Source of the DNA: Octopus vulgaris | Lineage: Eukaryota | Direction: 5' to 3' | Assembly: GCA_951406725.2 (NCBI GenBank) | Contig: OX597833.1 | Coordinates: 67,642,001 to 67,706,000 of the forward strand | Length of the DNA stretch: 64,000 bases | In this document: positions 1 to 14,150 of the stretch, piece after piece | How positions within the stretch are numbered: position 1 is the first letter of the stretch | Layout of the letters: each line of letters starts with the position of its first letter | Position numbers and translations under genes: made by a program | Notes under the pieces: model-generated | Database searches by the model: none | The model's input: only the letters and a program-made list of their open reading frames with translations | Told to the model about the DNA's origin: nothing

Positions 1-294
1 GTACGTGTGTGTGTTTGCGTGCGTGCATGTGTGTGTATACATACACACACGCTCATATATATATATATATGGAGACAGACAAATTATATAAATACACATA
101 TGGAGATAGACAGACGGACAAATTATATAAATATACACACGGAGACATATACACACACAGAGACAGGCATACGCAGGCACACACCGTACACACGCATGCA
201 AACACATATACGTGTATATTTCCATCTGTTTGGTCTACTTTACGGAAGAAAGCAAACTGCGTCAGAAATACGTGTACAGATCCAATATTGAATT

Positions 295-1003
295 CATTCC
301 TGTTTGTTTCGTCTAGATATTGTAATTCAGAGTTTTCCAGTTTTAAAAAGCTGCTGAATATCTCTAGTAGCGATACTGCCCAACTATTGACAACCTTTTC
401 TAGATTCGAACCATTTCGCTTCGACTCCATTCACTTCCTCGCCCTTCTCATGTGCTCCTTCTCAATTTTGGTTTCCGTTTCTAAAGTCGGTACTTTGTCA
501 GTTTCTAATACGCCTAGATACTTATAACTTTCCCATTCTTTCAGTGATTTTAATTTCTTTCTATCTGGTAATTAAATACCTTAACTGTTGACTACCTGTC
601 CCGTTTTCCTGACAAATATTGCACATTTATCTCTGCCAAATTCCAAAGTTCCTTAATAAAATCTTACAGGTTTTATTAAAGACCCTTTCTTATTTCACTT
701 TTATTAAAAAGCTTCAAATCATCCATGTAAAGCAAATGGTTAATGTTTTCCTTTACTATTTCTTAACCGATACCCTGCATTTCCCTTCCTTAATACTAAA
801 CTGGAGGGGATTAAACATAATACAAACATTAAAGGGGACAACAAGTCTCCATGGAAAATTCCTCTCCTGATATTAACTTTTCCTAAGGCTGTGTCACCTG
901 AGTAGAGATTTACTTTCCATTCCTTCATGCTGAAGCTAATTGGATCTCTTCTGTTGTCTGCGATACTGAAGACACTCAAACATTCTCTCATCCCATGAGG
1001 CTG
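295..1003 (-). mobile_element. Decayed reverse transcriptase fragment of an R4/Dong-like (RLE) non-LTR retrotransposon
   Basis: Minus strand reads PHGMRECL...MKEWKVNL...LGKVNIRRGIFHGDLLSPLMFVLCLIP, then after a frameshift NHLLYMDDLKL (YMDD at ~717-728), then YKYLGVLETD...KIEKEHMRRARK*MESKRNGSNLEKVVNSWAVSLL. Stops and frameshifts are present. Confidence 0.85.
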
Positions 1004-1107
1004 GAATCCTGTCGTAGGCCTCCTTCGGTCTTCTCTTTGGGCAGTTGTTATTCTTATAAGCACTTCATCAAATCTGTCCATGCCATTGTTGTTGCTGCTG
1101 TTGTCAT

Positions 1108-1109
<2 letters not shown>

Positions 1110-1180
<71 letters not shown>

Positions 1181-1329
1181 TCATCATCATCATCTCATCA
1201 TCATCATCATCATCGTCGTCGTCGTCATCATCATCGTCGTCGTCGTCATCATCTTCATCATCGTCATCATCATCATTATCATCATCATCATCATCACCTT
1301 CGTCATCGTCGCCGTCATCATCATCGCAG

Positions 1330-1371
<42 letters not shown>

Positions 1372-1745
1372 TCATCATCATTATCGTCGCCGTCATCATC
1401 ATCGTCGTCGTCGTCATCATCATCTTCATCATCGTCATCATCATCATCATCATCATCATCACCTTCGTCATCATTGCCGTCATCATCATTATCAGCAGCA
1501 GCTTCCACCACCACCTCCTCTTCATTATCATCATCATCGTCATCGATATCATCGTAATCATCGTCGTCATTGTCATCATCAACATCATCATCATCAACAT
1601 CATCATCATCATCGTCATCATCGTCATCATCATCATCGTCATCATCATCAACATCATCATCATCATCATCATCGTCATCATCATCATCGTCATCATCAGC
1701 ATCTCCATCATCGTCATCGTCGTCGTCGTCATCATCATCATAATA
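1110..1745. repeat. Compound (CAT/CGT/CAC/CAG)n trinucleotide microsatellite
   Basis: Direct reading; explains the poly-His/poly-Asp/poly-Ile/poly-Met ORFs. Confidence 0.97.
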
Positions 1746-2128
1746 TTCTAACCAGTAGCAATAGTTATCTCCATTATTCGTTGACAAGGTTCACCGTGAT
1801 GAACAAAACACCTCTCAACGATGACAAATAATAACAGTAAAACCTCAAATGACAACATCAACAAGAACAACCACAGCCACAACAACCACAACCACAGCAA
1901 CGTCATCACGACATACATATTAGCAATCATCGCTTCATAGTTTTCTGATCAAAGTCTGATCATTTCAGGTGTGATCGTTCCGTCTTTGATAGCGTCACTA
2001 GGGCAATCGTATCAGATTCGATGTAGTCGTACCTGTGAAAACGGCGAGGTGTGATTCCATGGAAGCTTTCGCAGCATCAACCACAACACGCCAGATGGTG
2101 TGATAACGAAGCGATGTACACGGACCGG

Positions 2129-2130
<2 letters not shown>

Positions 2131-2216
<86 letters not shown>

Positions 2217-2525
2217 AGCATAGAGAATAAGAGGAGAGATGGGGAGAAAAGGAGAGATGCAGAGCAAAGGGAAGAGTGGGAGAGTGAGAGAGTGAGAGTG
2301 AGAATGGAAGAGAGGGAAGAGAGGGAAGAGAGGAAGAGAGGAAAGAGAGGAGGAGTGAGAGAGAGAAGCATAGAGATGGGGAAGAGAGATGGAGAGAGAA
2401 AAGGGAAGAGAGGGAAGAGAGGGAGAGTGAGAGAGAGAGAAGGGAAGAGAGGGAGAGTGAAAGAGAGAGACAGAGGGATAGAAAAGGGAAGAGTGGGAGA
2501 GTGAGAGAGTGGGAGAGTGAGAGAG
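2131..2525. repeat. GA-rich polypurine tract
   Basis: (GA)n followed by degenerate GGAAGAGAG-type units; almost purine-only on the + strand. Confidence 0.95.
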
Positions 2526-3419
2526 ACTTGCTGGTGGGAATGTTGAGGGTGTTGCTGGTGGTGGTGGTGGGGTGATAATTGGTGTTCTAAAGGTTTTCGT
2601 TTGTTTTTGTTTTTTATAAGATAACGACGACAATAATGACAATTCGACAACGAAGATGATGAAGAGGACAACAAAGCTGGTGATGATGATGATGATGATA
2701 ATAATTATGGTGGTAGTAGTGGTGGTGTTGGTGATGTTGATGGTGTTGATGATGGGGATGACGATGATGGTGGTGGTGGTAGTGGTGGTGGTAATGATGT
2801 TTCCTTGGTGATGACGTAGGTAATGAAGAAGATAGAGATGAAGATGATTAGGATGATTAGGACGATAATGACGATGAAAGTAATGATTACGGTAACGAGG
2901 ATGATGATGATGAAGGGAAGGAGAGAGTGGAGGAAGAAGCAGAGAAAGGGGAGGAGGCAGAAGTGGAAGGGTAGGAAAAGAAGGAAGATGAGGCTGAACA
3001 GGGAAGGGGACAAGAATGTGATGGCAAGGGTGTTGATGATGTCCTGTGCATAAGGGTTCACATAATGTTTACCCTCGTCACAAGATCTTCTCAATAATGA
3101 CAGTAATAACGGTTAATGCTCTATGACTTATTTTTTCATTAATCTTCATATCTTAATATTTCAGGAAAAACTTCCGTCGAAAATAATATTCTTTCACCGA
3201 AATTCTATGATGGATTGTCTGAAAAGTTTTCCCCCACTTCTTCTGTGTTTACCTCTTTCATACTCTGAGCATATAACTGAAAGAATATTCATTCGTTCGT
3301 TGGTACAGATCTGTAAGTATTTAACAATAGACCTGTATATCGATGATTTGCCAGTTGGTTTTGTAGACGGAAACTTGAGGGAACTTGTCGTGCACAGATG
3401 TATATATATATAATTTATA

Positions 3420-3600
3420 GAAATTACTACACAAGATAAGGACATAATCTTCCATGCTAGAAGGACTTTACTCTTCAGTGAGAACGCAGAGTGGGTTAAG
3501 AATACCCATACAGAGCATGTGAGCATGGGGTCATATGATGGAGCAGGTTTAAGCGAACTCATTGGACTATTTCTACTCGATACGTTGGGTAACACTTCTC
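3420..3600 (+). mobile_element. Penelope-like element (PLE) reverse transcriptase fragment
   Basis: Frame starting at 3420 (absent from the ORF track): EITTQDKDIIFHARRTLLFSENAEWVKNTHTEHVSMGSYDGAGLSELIGLFLLDTLG. This resembles the IIxHARKSLLF...WVK...DVTMGSYDGAEVCELVGLFxL RT motif that I recall from invertebrate PLEs (possibly the Naiad group). Confidence 0.7.
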
Positions 3601-3673
3601 CTGGCGTGCCCCAACATGGCCACAGCTCGTGAGCTGAAACTAGTTCAGTTCAATTCAGTACACACACACACAC

Positions 3674-3731
<58 letters not shown>

Positions 3732-3974
3732 AGATATGTATAAATGTATATGAATATGTGCGCATCAAAATATGTTTAACAGTGTATCTTCGCTTTTGGT
3801 TTTTAAAATATGTGCAGATACAACAAATATAATTTGATATGTGTGTGTAATTGGGCGAGTGTGTATGCGGTCGTAGGCCACTTTCTATTTATTGAAATAT
3901 AAAGCACTGTTAGAGAAAGGAAATAAGTTGTATGAATAATTAAATTTTCGCATTAATATCTATTTAAAACAAAG

Positions 3975-4183
3975 GAACTACATTAAAATTTGGTTAGAAG
4001 CGAAAGGAAGCCACGAAGAATGCGGTAGAAATAGAAGAATAGAAACAGATAAGATAAGTGAAGATTTACAAAAATATAAAGAACTACATTAAAATTTGGT
4101 TAGAAGCGAAAGGAAGCCACGAATGCGGTAAATAGAAGAATAGAAACAGATAAGATAAGTGAAGATTTACAAAAATATAAAGA
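3975..4183. repeat. Local tandem duplication, ~106 + ~101 bp
   Basis: gaactacattaaaatttggttagaagcgaaagg...caaaaatataaa starts at 3975 and 4081; the second copy has two small deletions. Confidence 0.92.
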
Positions 4184-4232
4184 AATTCTTTTGCTGGAAT
4201 GTTAGCGGATTACCAAAATGAAGGATAATATA

Positions 4233-4336
<104 letters not shown>

Positions 4337-4706
4337 CCTATCTACCTACCTATCTACCTATCTATCTATATATCTATCTATCTATCTATCTACTTATCTA
4401 TCTATTTATCTCTATCTATCTATACATTTATACATACATATGCATATATATATATATATACATTTGTAGATACCATTTGTTATACAGCATAATTGCATAA
4501 AAGCTACTAATAGTTTCATTCATTTGAGACACAATAAATCAGAAGATTATATAACATGCCTTATGTATCCAACCACTCATATCCATGAATGGACTGAGTA
4601 GTTTTCTGTTGATTCTACCTATAAGAATATAACAAAATTGCAAAGTGTAAACATATACATACTGTAAAATGTACACACGCACACACATACATATATATAT
4701 ACACAC

Positions 4707-4752
<46 letters not shown>

Positions 4753-4763
4753 GTATATATATA

Positions 4764-4807
<44 letters not shown>

Positions 4808-5698
4808 AATAAGAGGAATCAACACTAGGTGGATTCCTAATATGCTAGAGAAAGACCCAATATGGTCTGACCAATGAGAAAAAATTGCTCTCAAGAAATT
4901 TCAGCAAACGCTAGAACGTAAAGCCTGCAAGACAATTGAAATATGGTGATAAGCCATATAACTAGGTTTCATTGTTACCATTCATATTACGTAAATATAA
5001 GCAAATCATCAGTGTGACCGTCATGGAAAATATAATTTACAGAACTATACACGAGACATCCTCACAAGAGAGGACATTTATACAGTTCTACCGCTTATAT
5101 TTGTGGGTATATTTCAAATGCATGCATTACGTGTGTATAGATATATTCATGTCAAATTTTGGCCAGCAACTTCTGGTTAGTTGGTTAATCGATTAAATCT
5201 ACCCGAGTACTCAGCTGGTTCTTATTTCATCGACTGTGAAAAGATGAACGGTAAAGTCCACCTCGGCGAAATTTGCACTCTTTATACCCTCCTTTCCATC
5301 ATAGCTGTTCCACTCAGTATTAGTGACAAAGTCCACCGCACACGAATTTTCATTAAGTCATATGTCTGCTTGCATTCATTTTGCCTTCCATCTTGTTTTC
5401 TTCAGGCTGACAGCTGCTTTTTTCTTAAATTATTTCATCATTATTTCTCCCTTCCCATGGTGTTGTCTTAATAATAACAACATTGCCAAATTGCTTTGGA
5501 CCATTATGGCAGTTAAACAGGATTGACTGGAAAATGTTTTATCATATTTCGCCACGATTTACGTCAATTTATCGCAGTTGGGTGCTGAACAGGATTCGAT
5601 CAAATCTTAGGAAATTATTCTGGTTAAATAAACCAATAATCTAATGCGAGTCGTATGTAAGTACTCCGTGCTACGGAATCTTATACAATTATATCCTG

Positions 5699-5752
<54 letters not shown>

Positions 5753-5968
5753 CATATAGTCAAAATTTACAGAAAAACAAAAGATGAAGATAGGTGTATT
5801 AGTTTGACGCTCTTGAACAGAAAGGAATAAGAGAAAACAGAGAGAGAATAATATAACTTGTGGTTTTAGCGATATATATATATGTATGTATATGTATATG
5901 TATATGCATATATATGTATATATATGCATATATGTATATACATACAAACACACACACATATATATATA

Positions 5969-6000
<32 letters not shown>

Positions 6001-6903
6001 GAGAGAGAGAGAGAAAGAGAGAGAGAAATCTACAGATATATTGATAGATAGACAGAGAGACGGATCGATAGTGAGATAGATAAACTGTTCATATTTGGAA
6101 CGTGACGAAGTTTTCGTCTCTTATATCGTACTTATACTGTTCCACGGCTTTACATGACAAACATCCATTCATATAAAACGCACACACATACGCATATATA
6201 TATGTATGTGTGTATGAGTGTCTGTGTGAATCTATTTGTGTGTGTGTGTGTGTGTGAGTACGCGCCTAAACTGTGGTATTGTGAGACGCCAGTATTTATT
6301 TAATAAGGTAATAATTGGAAGCGATCAGAAACAGATGACGCAATACATTATCATATTATGCCTACATAATGGCGGTTTATATTTTATTCATTTAAATTAT
6401 TGATTTCATCATTTTTACACTGAATTTACACAGCAGACATGATATAGACATATTATTTTTGGAACACCGTGAATATGAAAAAGCACAATTACCTGCTTAC
6501 AAAACTTGAGATTGTTCTCTGAGAATATTGGAATATTGGAATATTCAATCTTAACAGATTCTATTGACTACGATCAGTCACTTGAAATGCCGGATGATTT
6601 AGTAGCGCGTATCTGAGTTTCGGATTGTCTGTTTAGCAGAGTCGAGTAGGCAGAGGAGCTCTCACGGCTGTTCGGCATTCAGTTCAGCGGAGCATTCAAT
6701 CCAGGATAAGTACGTACATACATACGTACATACATACATGCATACACACATACATGTATACACGCACACAGACACAGACACACACATACAGACAAGCACC
6801 ACCCACACACATGTATATATGCACCGTATGAAGGAACAAGCTTTAGCACTTTCCATAGAGAATTTCATATCTGCCTGGATATTATATTCCTCCACTGACT
6901 ATG

Positions 6904-7223
<320 letters not shown>

Positions 7224-7315
7224 TATATATATATACATATATATGTATGTATATATATACATACATATATAAATATTTATATATTATACAAATAAATATA
7301 TATGTATGTATATAT

Positions 7316-7385
<70 letters not shown>

Positions 7386-7709
7386 TATAGTGAGAGAGAG
7401 AGAGAGAGAGAGCTAGGAGTGAGAGAAGAGAGAGAGAGGGAAAGATGAGAGAGAGAGTGTGATCCCTCGGTTGAAAATTCATTTTCATTTGGATCAACGA
7501 CAACATGGAATGAAATGACTTACTGTATCAACACTCTCGCCACCCGGTCTTAGAATCGAACCCTCGAAATACTTTTGCCGATCCTATCATCGTAAGTACT
7601 GGTCTACTTTTCTTCACACAAAACCTATTACCAAACACTAATGAAATGATGACAAATTATATTCGTGAATCCTCCGTAGAATTGTAGAATGTCATTCAAA
7701 GAACAGCAT

Positions 7710-7878
7710 TCTCATTCGAAGGTGGTACATTGCTATTGAGAGAAACGGTGACTATGTTGGGAAGTAGGGATGTGATCCACAGAGGACCAGATTCATTTTG
7801 ATATATGATACATGTTCCTGTGCAGGTAATTATATCTGTCCTAAACAAAATGGCATTACTTTTTGACTCACCCTCGTA
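7710..7878 (+). mobile_element. Mariner transposon 3' end (transposase C-terminus plus TIR)
   Basis: LIRRWYIAIERNGDYVGK* resembles the mariner C-terminal LxxRWxKCIxxxGDYVE motif; ends in attactttttgactcaccctcg+TA, a typical mariner TIR and TA target. Confidence 0.75.
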
Positions 7879-7987
7879 TTTGTTAAAATGAAATGTCAGT
7901 GTTATTTTCCTTTTTGCGTGATTTAGACGACTGTCTATTCACCACATCCTGTATATGTATATACATAATACATACATACATATATAT

Positions 7988-8217
7988 ACGACCTCGAACA
8001 CACAAGTGCAAACAAGAGAGACAGAGAAAGGCAGAAACAAGGAAAATGCCACTTATATTTGAACACTATACAAATATTCCTTTAAAAAAACTTTTCTTTT
8101 AATTTTTCTAAATTTAATTATTTAATTGTTACAGTTGAAAAGGTCTCAAAATGACCGAAACCGGTGCTGAAATGTTCTTTATAAAATTAGTTTAGCATTT
8201 TCTATCTTGACTTATTT

Positions 8218-8220
<3 letters not shown>
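7988..8220 (+). mobile_element. Short hammerhead-like element, family H2 (copy 1)
   Basis: Close inverted copy at 42523-42747; flanked by (TA)n. Confidence 0.8.
8132..8169 (+). ncRNA. Putative minimal type-I hammerhead ribozyme, U3-A8 core variant
   Basis: cag|TTGAAAA|ggtc-tcaaaat-gacc|GAAA|ccgg|T|G|ctg: stem I cag/ctg, stem II ggtc/gacc, palindromic stem III ACCGGT. Confidence 0.5.
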
Positions 8221-8256
<36 letters not shown>

Positions 8257-8257
8257 C

Positions 8258-8293
<36 letters not shown>

Positions 8294-8339
8294 TCACACA
8301 TACACACACATATATATATTCAAAATATATACATTCAAA

Positions 8340-8556
8340 ATGTGACCACGTGTGACCGCGTTGGCGATTTTTTTCCCTCTGTCTTCCCTTCTCTGGATCT
8401 TTCCTTCTCCTATGTTTCCGACGAAGAGCTCCGCTCGAAACGTTAAACCTTCCTTCTTTCCTTCTTTCCTGAGCGTCCAACAATAATACTATATTTGTTC
8501 CACGTCCTCGCGTTGTTATGTGTGCGTTGTTTGTGTGCTTTCATGTTTGGATTAAC

Positions 8557-8558
<2 letters not shown>
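8340..8558 (+). mobile_element. Short hammerhead-bearing element, family H1 (copy 2)
   Basis: Matches 7013-7223 (inverted) and 22115-22314; embedded in TA-rich microsatellite. Confidence 0.8.
8414..8448 (+). ncRNA. Putative minimal type-I hammerhead ribozyme (U4C core CCGACGA)
   Basis: gttt|CCGACGA|a-gagc-tcc-gctc|GAAA|cg|T|T|aaac: stem I gttt/aaac, stem II gagc/gctc, palindromic ACGT stem III as in PLE minimal hammerheads. Confidence 0.65.
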
Positions 8559-8624
<66 letters not shown>

Positions 8625-8667
8625 TGTACGTACCTACCTCTACATGTACATATACACGCATATATGT

Positions 8668-8915
8668 GTACAGGACACCAAAAGGACGTCGAACACATAG
8701 AGAGTACGAAAAACATAGACACAAACCAAGGAACAAGACAAGCAAAAAAAAGGAAATACAGGACAATAAGCACAACGAAAAATCCCCTTCTTCAGTCGCT
8801 AAAGTTTCATCTACTAAACGTTTCGAAGGATAAAAGCGAGACGTATACTTCGAATGAAAAATTCCTTCCTGCGAAAAGCAAATCAATTAAAATTCTGAGA
8901 TCTTGTCGCAGAGGG
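8668..8915 (-). mobile_element. Short interspersed repeat, family H3 (related copy at 10930-11092, +)
   Basis: Both copies share ccttcGAAA...CTGA(A/T)GAagggga...ttgtcttgt...ggtgtcctgtac ending at a (TA)n tract. Confidence 0.6.
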
Positions 8916-9333
8916 GTAAAAAAAAAAGCAAGACGGTAACGACAGTACAAACATATAAAAGTAAAAATGTGAATTCTTGAGGCCATCCATATATGTCTTT
9001 TCCTTTTGTGTGTTTCCTTCATGCGTTACAGTTAAAAGAAATATAAATAAATTCTGCTACTTTTCCTTTTGTGTGTTTCCTTCTCTCATACGTTCTTCCC
9101 AATTTATTTTGCTTTTCTTTCTATGGCCAACCATTTTATCGCGTGATGGAAATGAAAGAAATGAAATATTTTATCTACAAGTCAGAAATCTTCAGACTTT
9201 AGATATTTTACCGTGTTAAATATATGAGTTATACAATTTCCTGTCTTCATTGTTGCAGGCAAATCAAAAAAAATATAACACCTGTATATATTCCTGAAAT
9301 TTCTATTTTCGATAAATTGTATCCCACTTTTAG

Positions 9334-9426
9334 AATCATCATCATCATCATCTTCATTATTATTATTATTATCATTATTATCATTATTATCATCATCATT
9401 ATTATTTTTATTATTATTATTATTAT

Positions 9427-9457
<31 letters not shown>

Positions 9458-9458
9458 T

Positions 9459-9516
<58 letters not shown>

Positions 9517-9548
9517 CATCATCATTATTATCATCATCATCATTATTA

Positions 9549-9615
<67 letters not shown>

Positions 9616-9641
9616 CATTATTATCATTATTATCATTATTA

Positions 9642-9699
<58 letters not shown>

Positions 9700-9707
9700 C
9701 ATTATTA

Positions 9708-9762
<55 letters not shown>

Positions 9763-9794
9763 CATTATTATCATTATTATTATTATCATTATTA

Positions 9795-9852
<58 letters not shown>

Positions 9853-9869
9853 CATTATTATCATTATTA

Positions 9870-9909
<40 letters not shown>

Positions 9910-9926
9910 CATTATTATCATTATTA

Positions 9927-9978
<52 letters not shown>

Positions 9979-10004
9979 CATTATTATCATTATTATCATT
10001 ATTA

Positions 10005-10053
<49 letters not shown>

Positions 10054-10070
10054 CATTATTATCATTATTA

Positions 10071-10104
<34 letters not shown>

Positions 10105-10130
10105 CATTATTATTATTATTATCATTATTA

Positions 10131-10182
<52 letters not shown>

Positions 10183-10276
10183 CATTATTATCATCATTAT
10201 TATTATCATCATCAGCGGCCGCAGCAGTAGCAGTAGTAGTAGTAGTATTAACAGCAGTAACATCAGCAGCAGCAGC

Positions 10277-10328
<52 letters not shown>

Positions 10329-10341
10329 TCATCATCATCAT
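9334..10341. repeat. ~1-kb (ATT/ATC)n microsatellite grading into (AGT/AGC)n
   Basis: Direct reading; source of the 383-398 aa poly-Ile/poly-Asn ORFs. Confidence 0.97.
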
Positions 10342-10639
10342 GTTTATTAAGGCGGCGAGCGGTCCGAATTTTTAGCAAGCCAGGAAAAAATATATATTTT
10401 TACTGACCCCGAATTCATGGCAGGTAAAGGCAATCTTCGTAAGAATTTGAACTCAGAACGTAAAGACGGACAAAATAAAATCAACAGAAAATCTAAGAAA
10501 CCTGCACGAAAGAACACTGTACAGCCTAGAAGTAACGGTCTGGTGTGCTGTTGCAAAAGCTGCCATTATTGGTACTTGTGTTGTTTTTGCAGACGATAGT
10601 AGAAAGCGATTGACTTTTAGCTTTCGGGATATCGAAAGG

Positions 10640-10932
10640 AAAAAGTTTCCCGACATCGTCCTGGAACAATTGAGGATTTGAGCGAAAGGATTCGTGAGGA
10701 AATCAATGCATTGCCACCTGAGATGACACGGAATGTCATGGAGAAATTCCGGGAACGACTGCATCGATATATTGCCAACAATGGGCGCCATTTGCCAAAT
10801 GCAGATTTTAAACGGCAGGAATATGAATTGTTTTTTTATGGACTTTACAGAAACATAATGATTTTTTTCCTGGATGGTTATGTTCCATTTTTATATTCTT
10901 TCACATTGAGGGAGATTTCTATGTCGCACCCT
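10640..10932 (+). mobile_element. Tc1/mariner-superfamily (DD37D/DD41D-like) transposase C-terminus and 3' end
   Basis: KVSRHRPGTIEDLSERIREEINALPPEMTRNVMEKFRERLHRYIANNGRHLPN matches the KVYxxxPxTIxxLKxxIRxEIxxI...NGxHL pattern; TIR-like end tcgcaccct. Confidence 0.8.
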
Positions 10933-11092
10933 TCGAAACTCGCATTGAGTCGAACCAGGGGCAGCTGATGAAGGGGAATATTCCTTGTATTGTTTGTCTT
11001 GTACTCTGTTTTTTCGTTGTTAAAAAAGTCCGTTTCCTTCTTTGTTTTTGTTTTCGTTTCTCGTGTTCTACGTTTATTTGTGGTGTCCTGTA

Positions 11093-11137
<45 letters not shown>

Positions 11138-11209
11138 ATATACATATAGATGTAGGTATGTACATATATGTATGCATGTATGCATATGTTTTATTTGTTA
11201 AATTGTTAT

Positions 11210-11242
<33 letters not shown>

Positions 11243-11900
11243 ATGTGTGTGTGTGTGTGTATGTATGTATATATGTATGTATATATGTGTGTCTGTGTGT
11301 GTGTGTATGTATATTTATAAATGTATATACGTATACATATTTGACAGGCTTCTTTCGGCTTCAGTTTCCGCTTAACAAATTCATTCAATAGGATTTGGTC
11401 GGTCCGTGGTCATAGTAAAAGTCCTTTACCCAATGTGCCACGCATCGTTTCCTAAACTAAAGACGCATGAATGAGATAGATCTCGCGGCTAATTCTTTGC
11501 AGCCCATCCGTCTCTTTTTGCTTCATCTCCCTAGCTATGTGTCACACCAATTCAACCAAGTATATAATAATACCAGAAGCTGACCATCACATTATTTATC
11601 TTTTATTGAAATACCAGTTCTGATTAAACAACAGACATTATCCAATCACCTCTTCGTTATACATATTTCATGGAAATCAACACGCTATGTCTAGCTCGTA
11701 CATTGATTGAAGTGTGGGGTTAAATTCGATTAATTACGTATCGATTTACTCAATGTTAATATATATATATTGATCTTTGATTAGTTCTATATTTATTGGT
11801 TTTATATTTATCCACTAATTTCTACCTATCGTCAGTTCAGATTTCATGCCTATATTCCTCTCTGCTAAATTATGTAATTATATAAACGACACATGTATGT

Positions 11901-12113
11901 GAGGCGGCGAGCTGGCGGAATCGTTAGCACGCCAGGCAATGTGCTTACCATGTCTTTCGTCCTTACTTTCTGAGTTCAAATTGCGCCGGGGTCGAATTTG
12001 ATTGTCATCCTTTTGGGGTTGATAGAATAAATACCAGTTGAGCACTGGGAACTATGTTATCGACCTATCCCCTCTCCGATAATGCTAGCCTCGTGCGACA
12101 ATTTGCAGTCAAT
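11901..12113 (+). mobile_element. tRNA-derived SINE, family B
   Basis: Head gaggcggcgagctggcggaatcgttagcac, B-box gagttcaaatt, central catcctttxggggtxgata..taccagt segment (Deu/Nin-like from memory). Confidence 0.85.
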
Positions 12114-12425
12114 ATTTCTAACTATAGGTTAATTTCCAGGTGCTGTTAAAATTACATGTGCCTGATCAAACTTATAAAATTAAAAAGGAATTAGCAAATG
12201 ATTTATATATATTTGCAGTGACTAATTTTTAGTATGTGACATTTGAATGGCATCTGGAGAATAACCAACAGTTACCTATAATATTGCATAATATGGCAAG
12301 ATTGACGACAAAAAATCCGCTGAAACAATTGTAAATAGATGTATGAAAAGGACCTGCCCACTCTATTCTCCTTGTTACTAACTATATATACATGTATACA
12401 AATATATATATATATATATGTAGCT

Positions 12426-12639
12426 GAGGCGGTGAGCTGACGGAATCATTAGCACGCCAGGCAATGTGCTTAGCATGTCTTCCGTCATTACTTTCTGAGT
12501 TCAAATTGTGCCGGGGTCGAATTTGATTGTCATCATTTTGGGGTTGATAGAATAAGTACCAGTTGAGCACTGGGAACTATGTTATCGACTTATCCCCTCT
12601 CCGATAATGCTGGCCTCGTGCGAAAATTTGCAGTCAATA
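12426..12639 (+). mobile_element. tRNA-derived SINE, family B (sister of 11901-12113)
   Basis: Shares private variants with the 11901 copy (ggggtcgaatttgattgtcatc, ctgggaactatgttatcgac). Confidence 0.85.
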
Positions 12640-13332
12640 CATGCGTGTGTGTGCGTTTATGTTTGTATGCATTTGTGTATTAAATTGCATTTGTGACTGG
12701 TGAAGTTTAATTGCCTTTTATTAACTGGATTTCAAAATACTTCCTTTTTAGTCTCTGAGACACCCTTTGGAATAACAAATATCTTGAAGATCATTTACAA
12801 TTCTATTATTTCTCGTTCCCATCTTCTGACTGAAGAAATACTGACTCCGTTTTCATTGTCATATTCTTATAGTAGACAACAGTGAACATTAGAATTTGGT
12901 TGTAATAAAGTTATGATTCATAATGTAGAGTCTTGCTTTATATGTTAAATCTATAATGCACTCACTAACTATTAATATTTTATTTCATTACTACGAAGCT
13001 ATCCTTGTGCGCTGATCTTCTTTCGATTATTCAATGAATAAATATGTATGAGCATTTCTAAGCACAATTTATTGCATTGCTACTGAATTCAGCAATATCT
13101 TTTGTGTCGATAGGTTATGATAATAGAAAGCAGACAAAGCTCTGCTCCACAGGGTGGGGTCTACTTCTCCACTTTCACCGGTCGCTGGGCCGGACAAACG
13201 GTCCCATGTGACAAAAGAGATATTTGATATTCTGGTTCTCGTTTTAAAGGGGTTAAGTGTATTTCACTGAATTTCTGTTGGTTGAAGAGCTGCGCTTTGG
13301 TTCCTTTCGAAGTTATTCTTAGAGACAGTGTA

Positions 13333-13900
<568 letters not shown>

Positions 13901-14150
13901 TAGAGGTAAATTAAGAGAGAGGAAGCTGAGTAGACGTGGAGCTTAGGGACACAACCTGGTGCACTTTCACGAATAAGAGTTTAACATTTTATGCCAGCAC
14001 AGAGTACGTTTCCAGATCGTGTTTAGCGTCCAACACACGCTAATAAATAGGCGCTCTTTTCTGTTTCTTTTCCTTTCTTCTATCCTGCTTCTGTGTCTCT
14101 CAGTGTACGAATATGTACTTGAGTTCCTGTTCATATATATATATAAAATA

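Noticed and set aside
995-1831. Long His/Asp/Ile/Met-rich ORFs
   Set aside because: Open only because of the trinucleotide repeat; no non-repetitive coding context.
1945-2130. CpG-rich unique island with a tttcag acceptor-like site
   Set aside because: The best + frame stops after about 27 codons, and neither strand gives a convincing exon or a recognisable product.
9182-10378. 364-398 aa poly-Asn/poly-Ile ORFs, the longest in the window
   Set aside because: Pure (ATT/ATC)n microsatellite.
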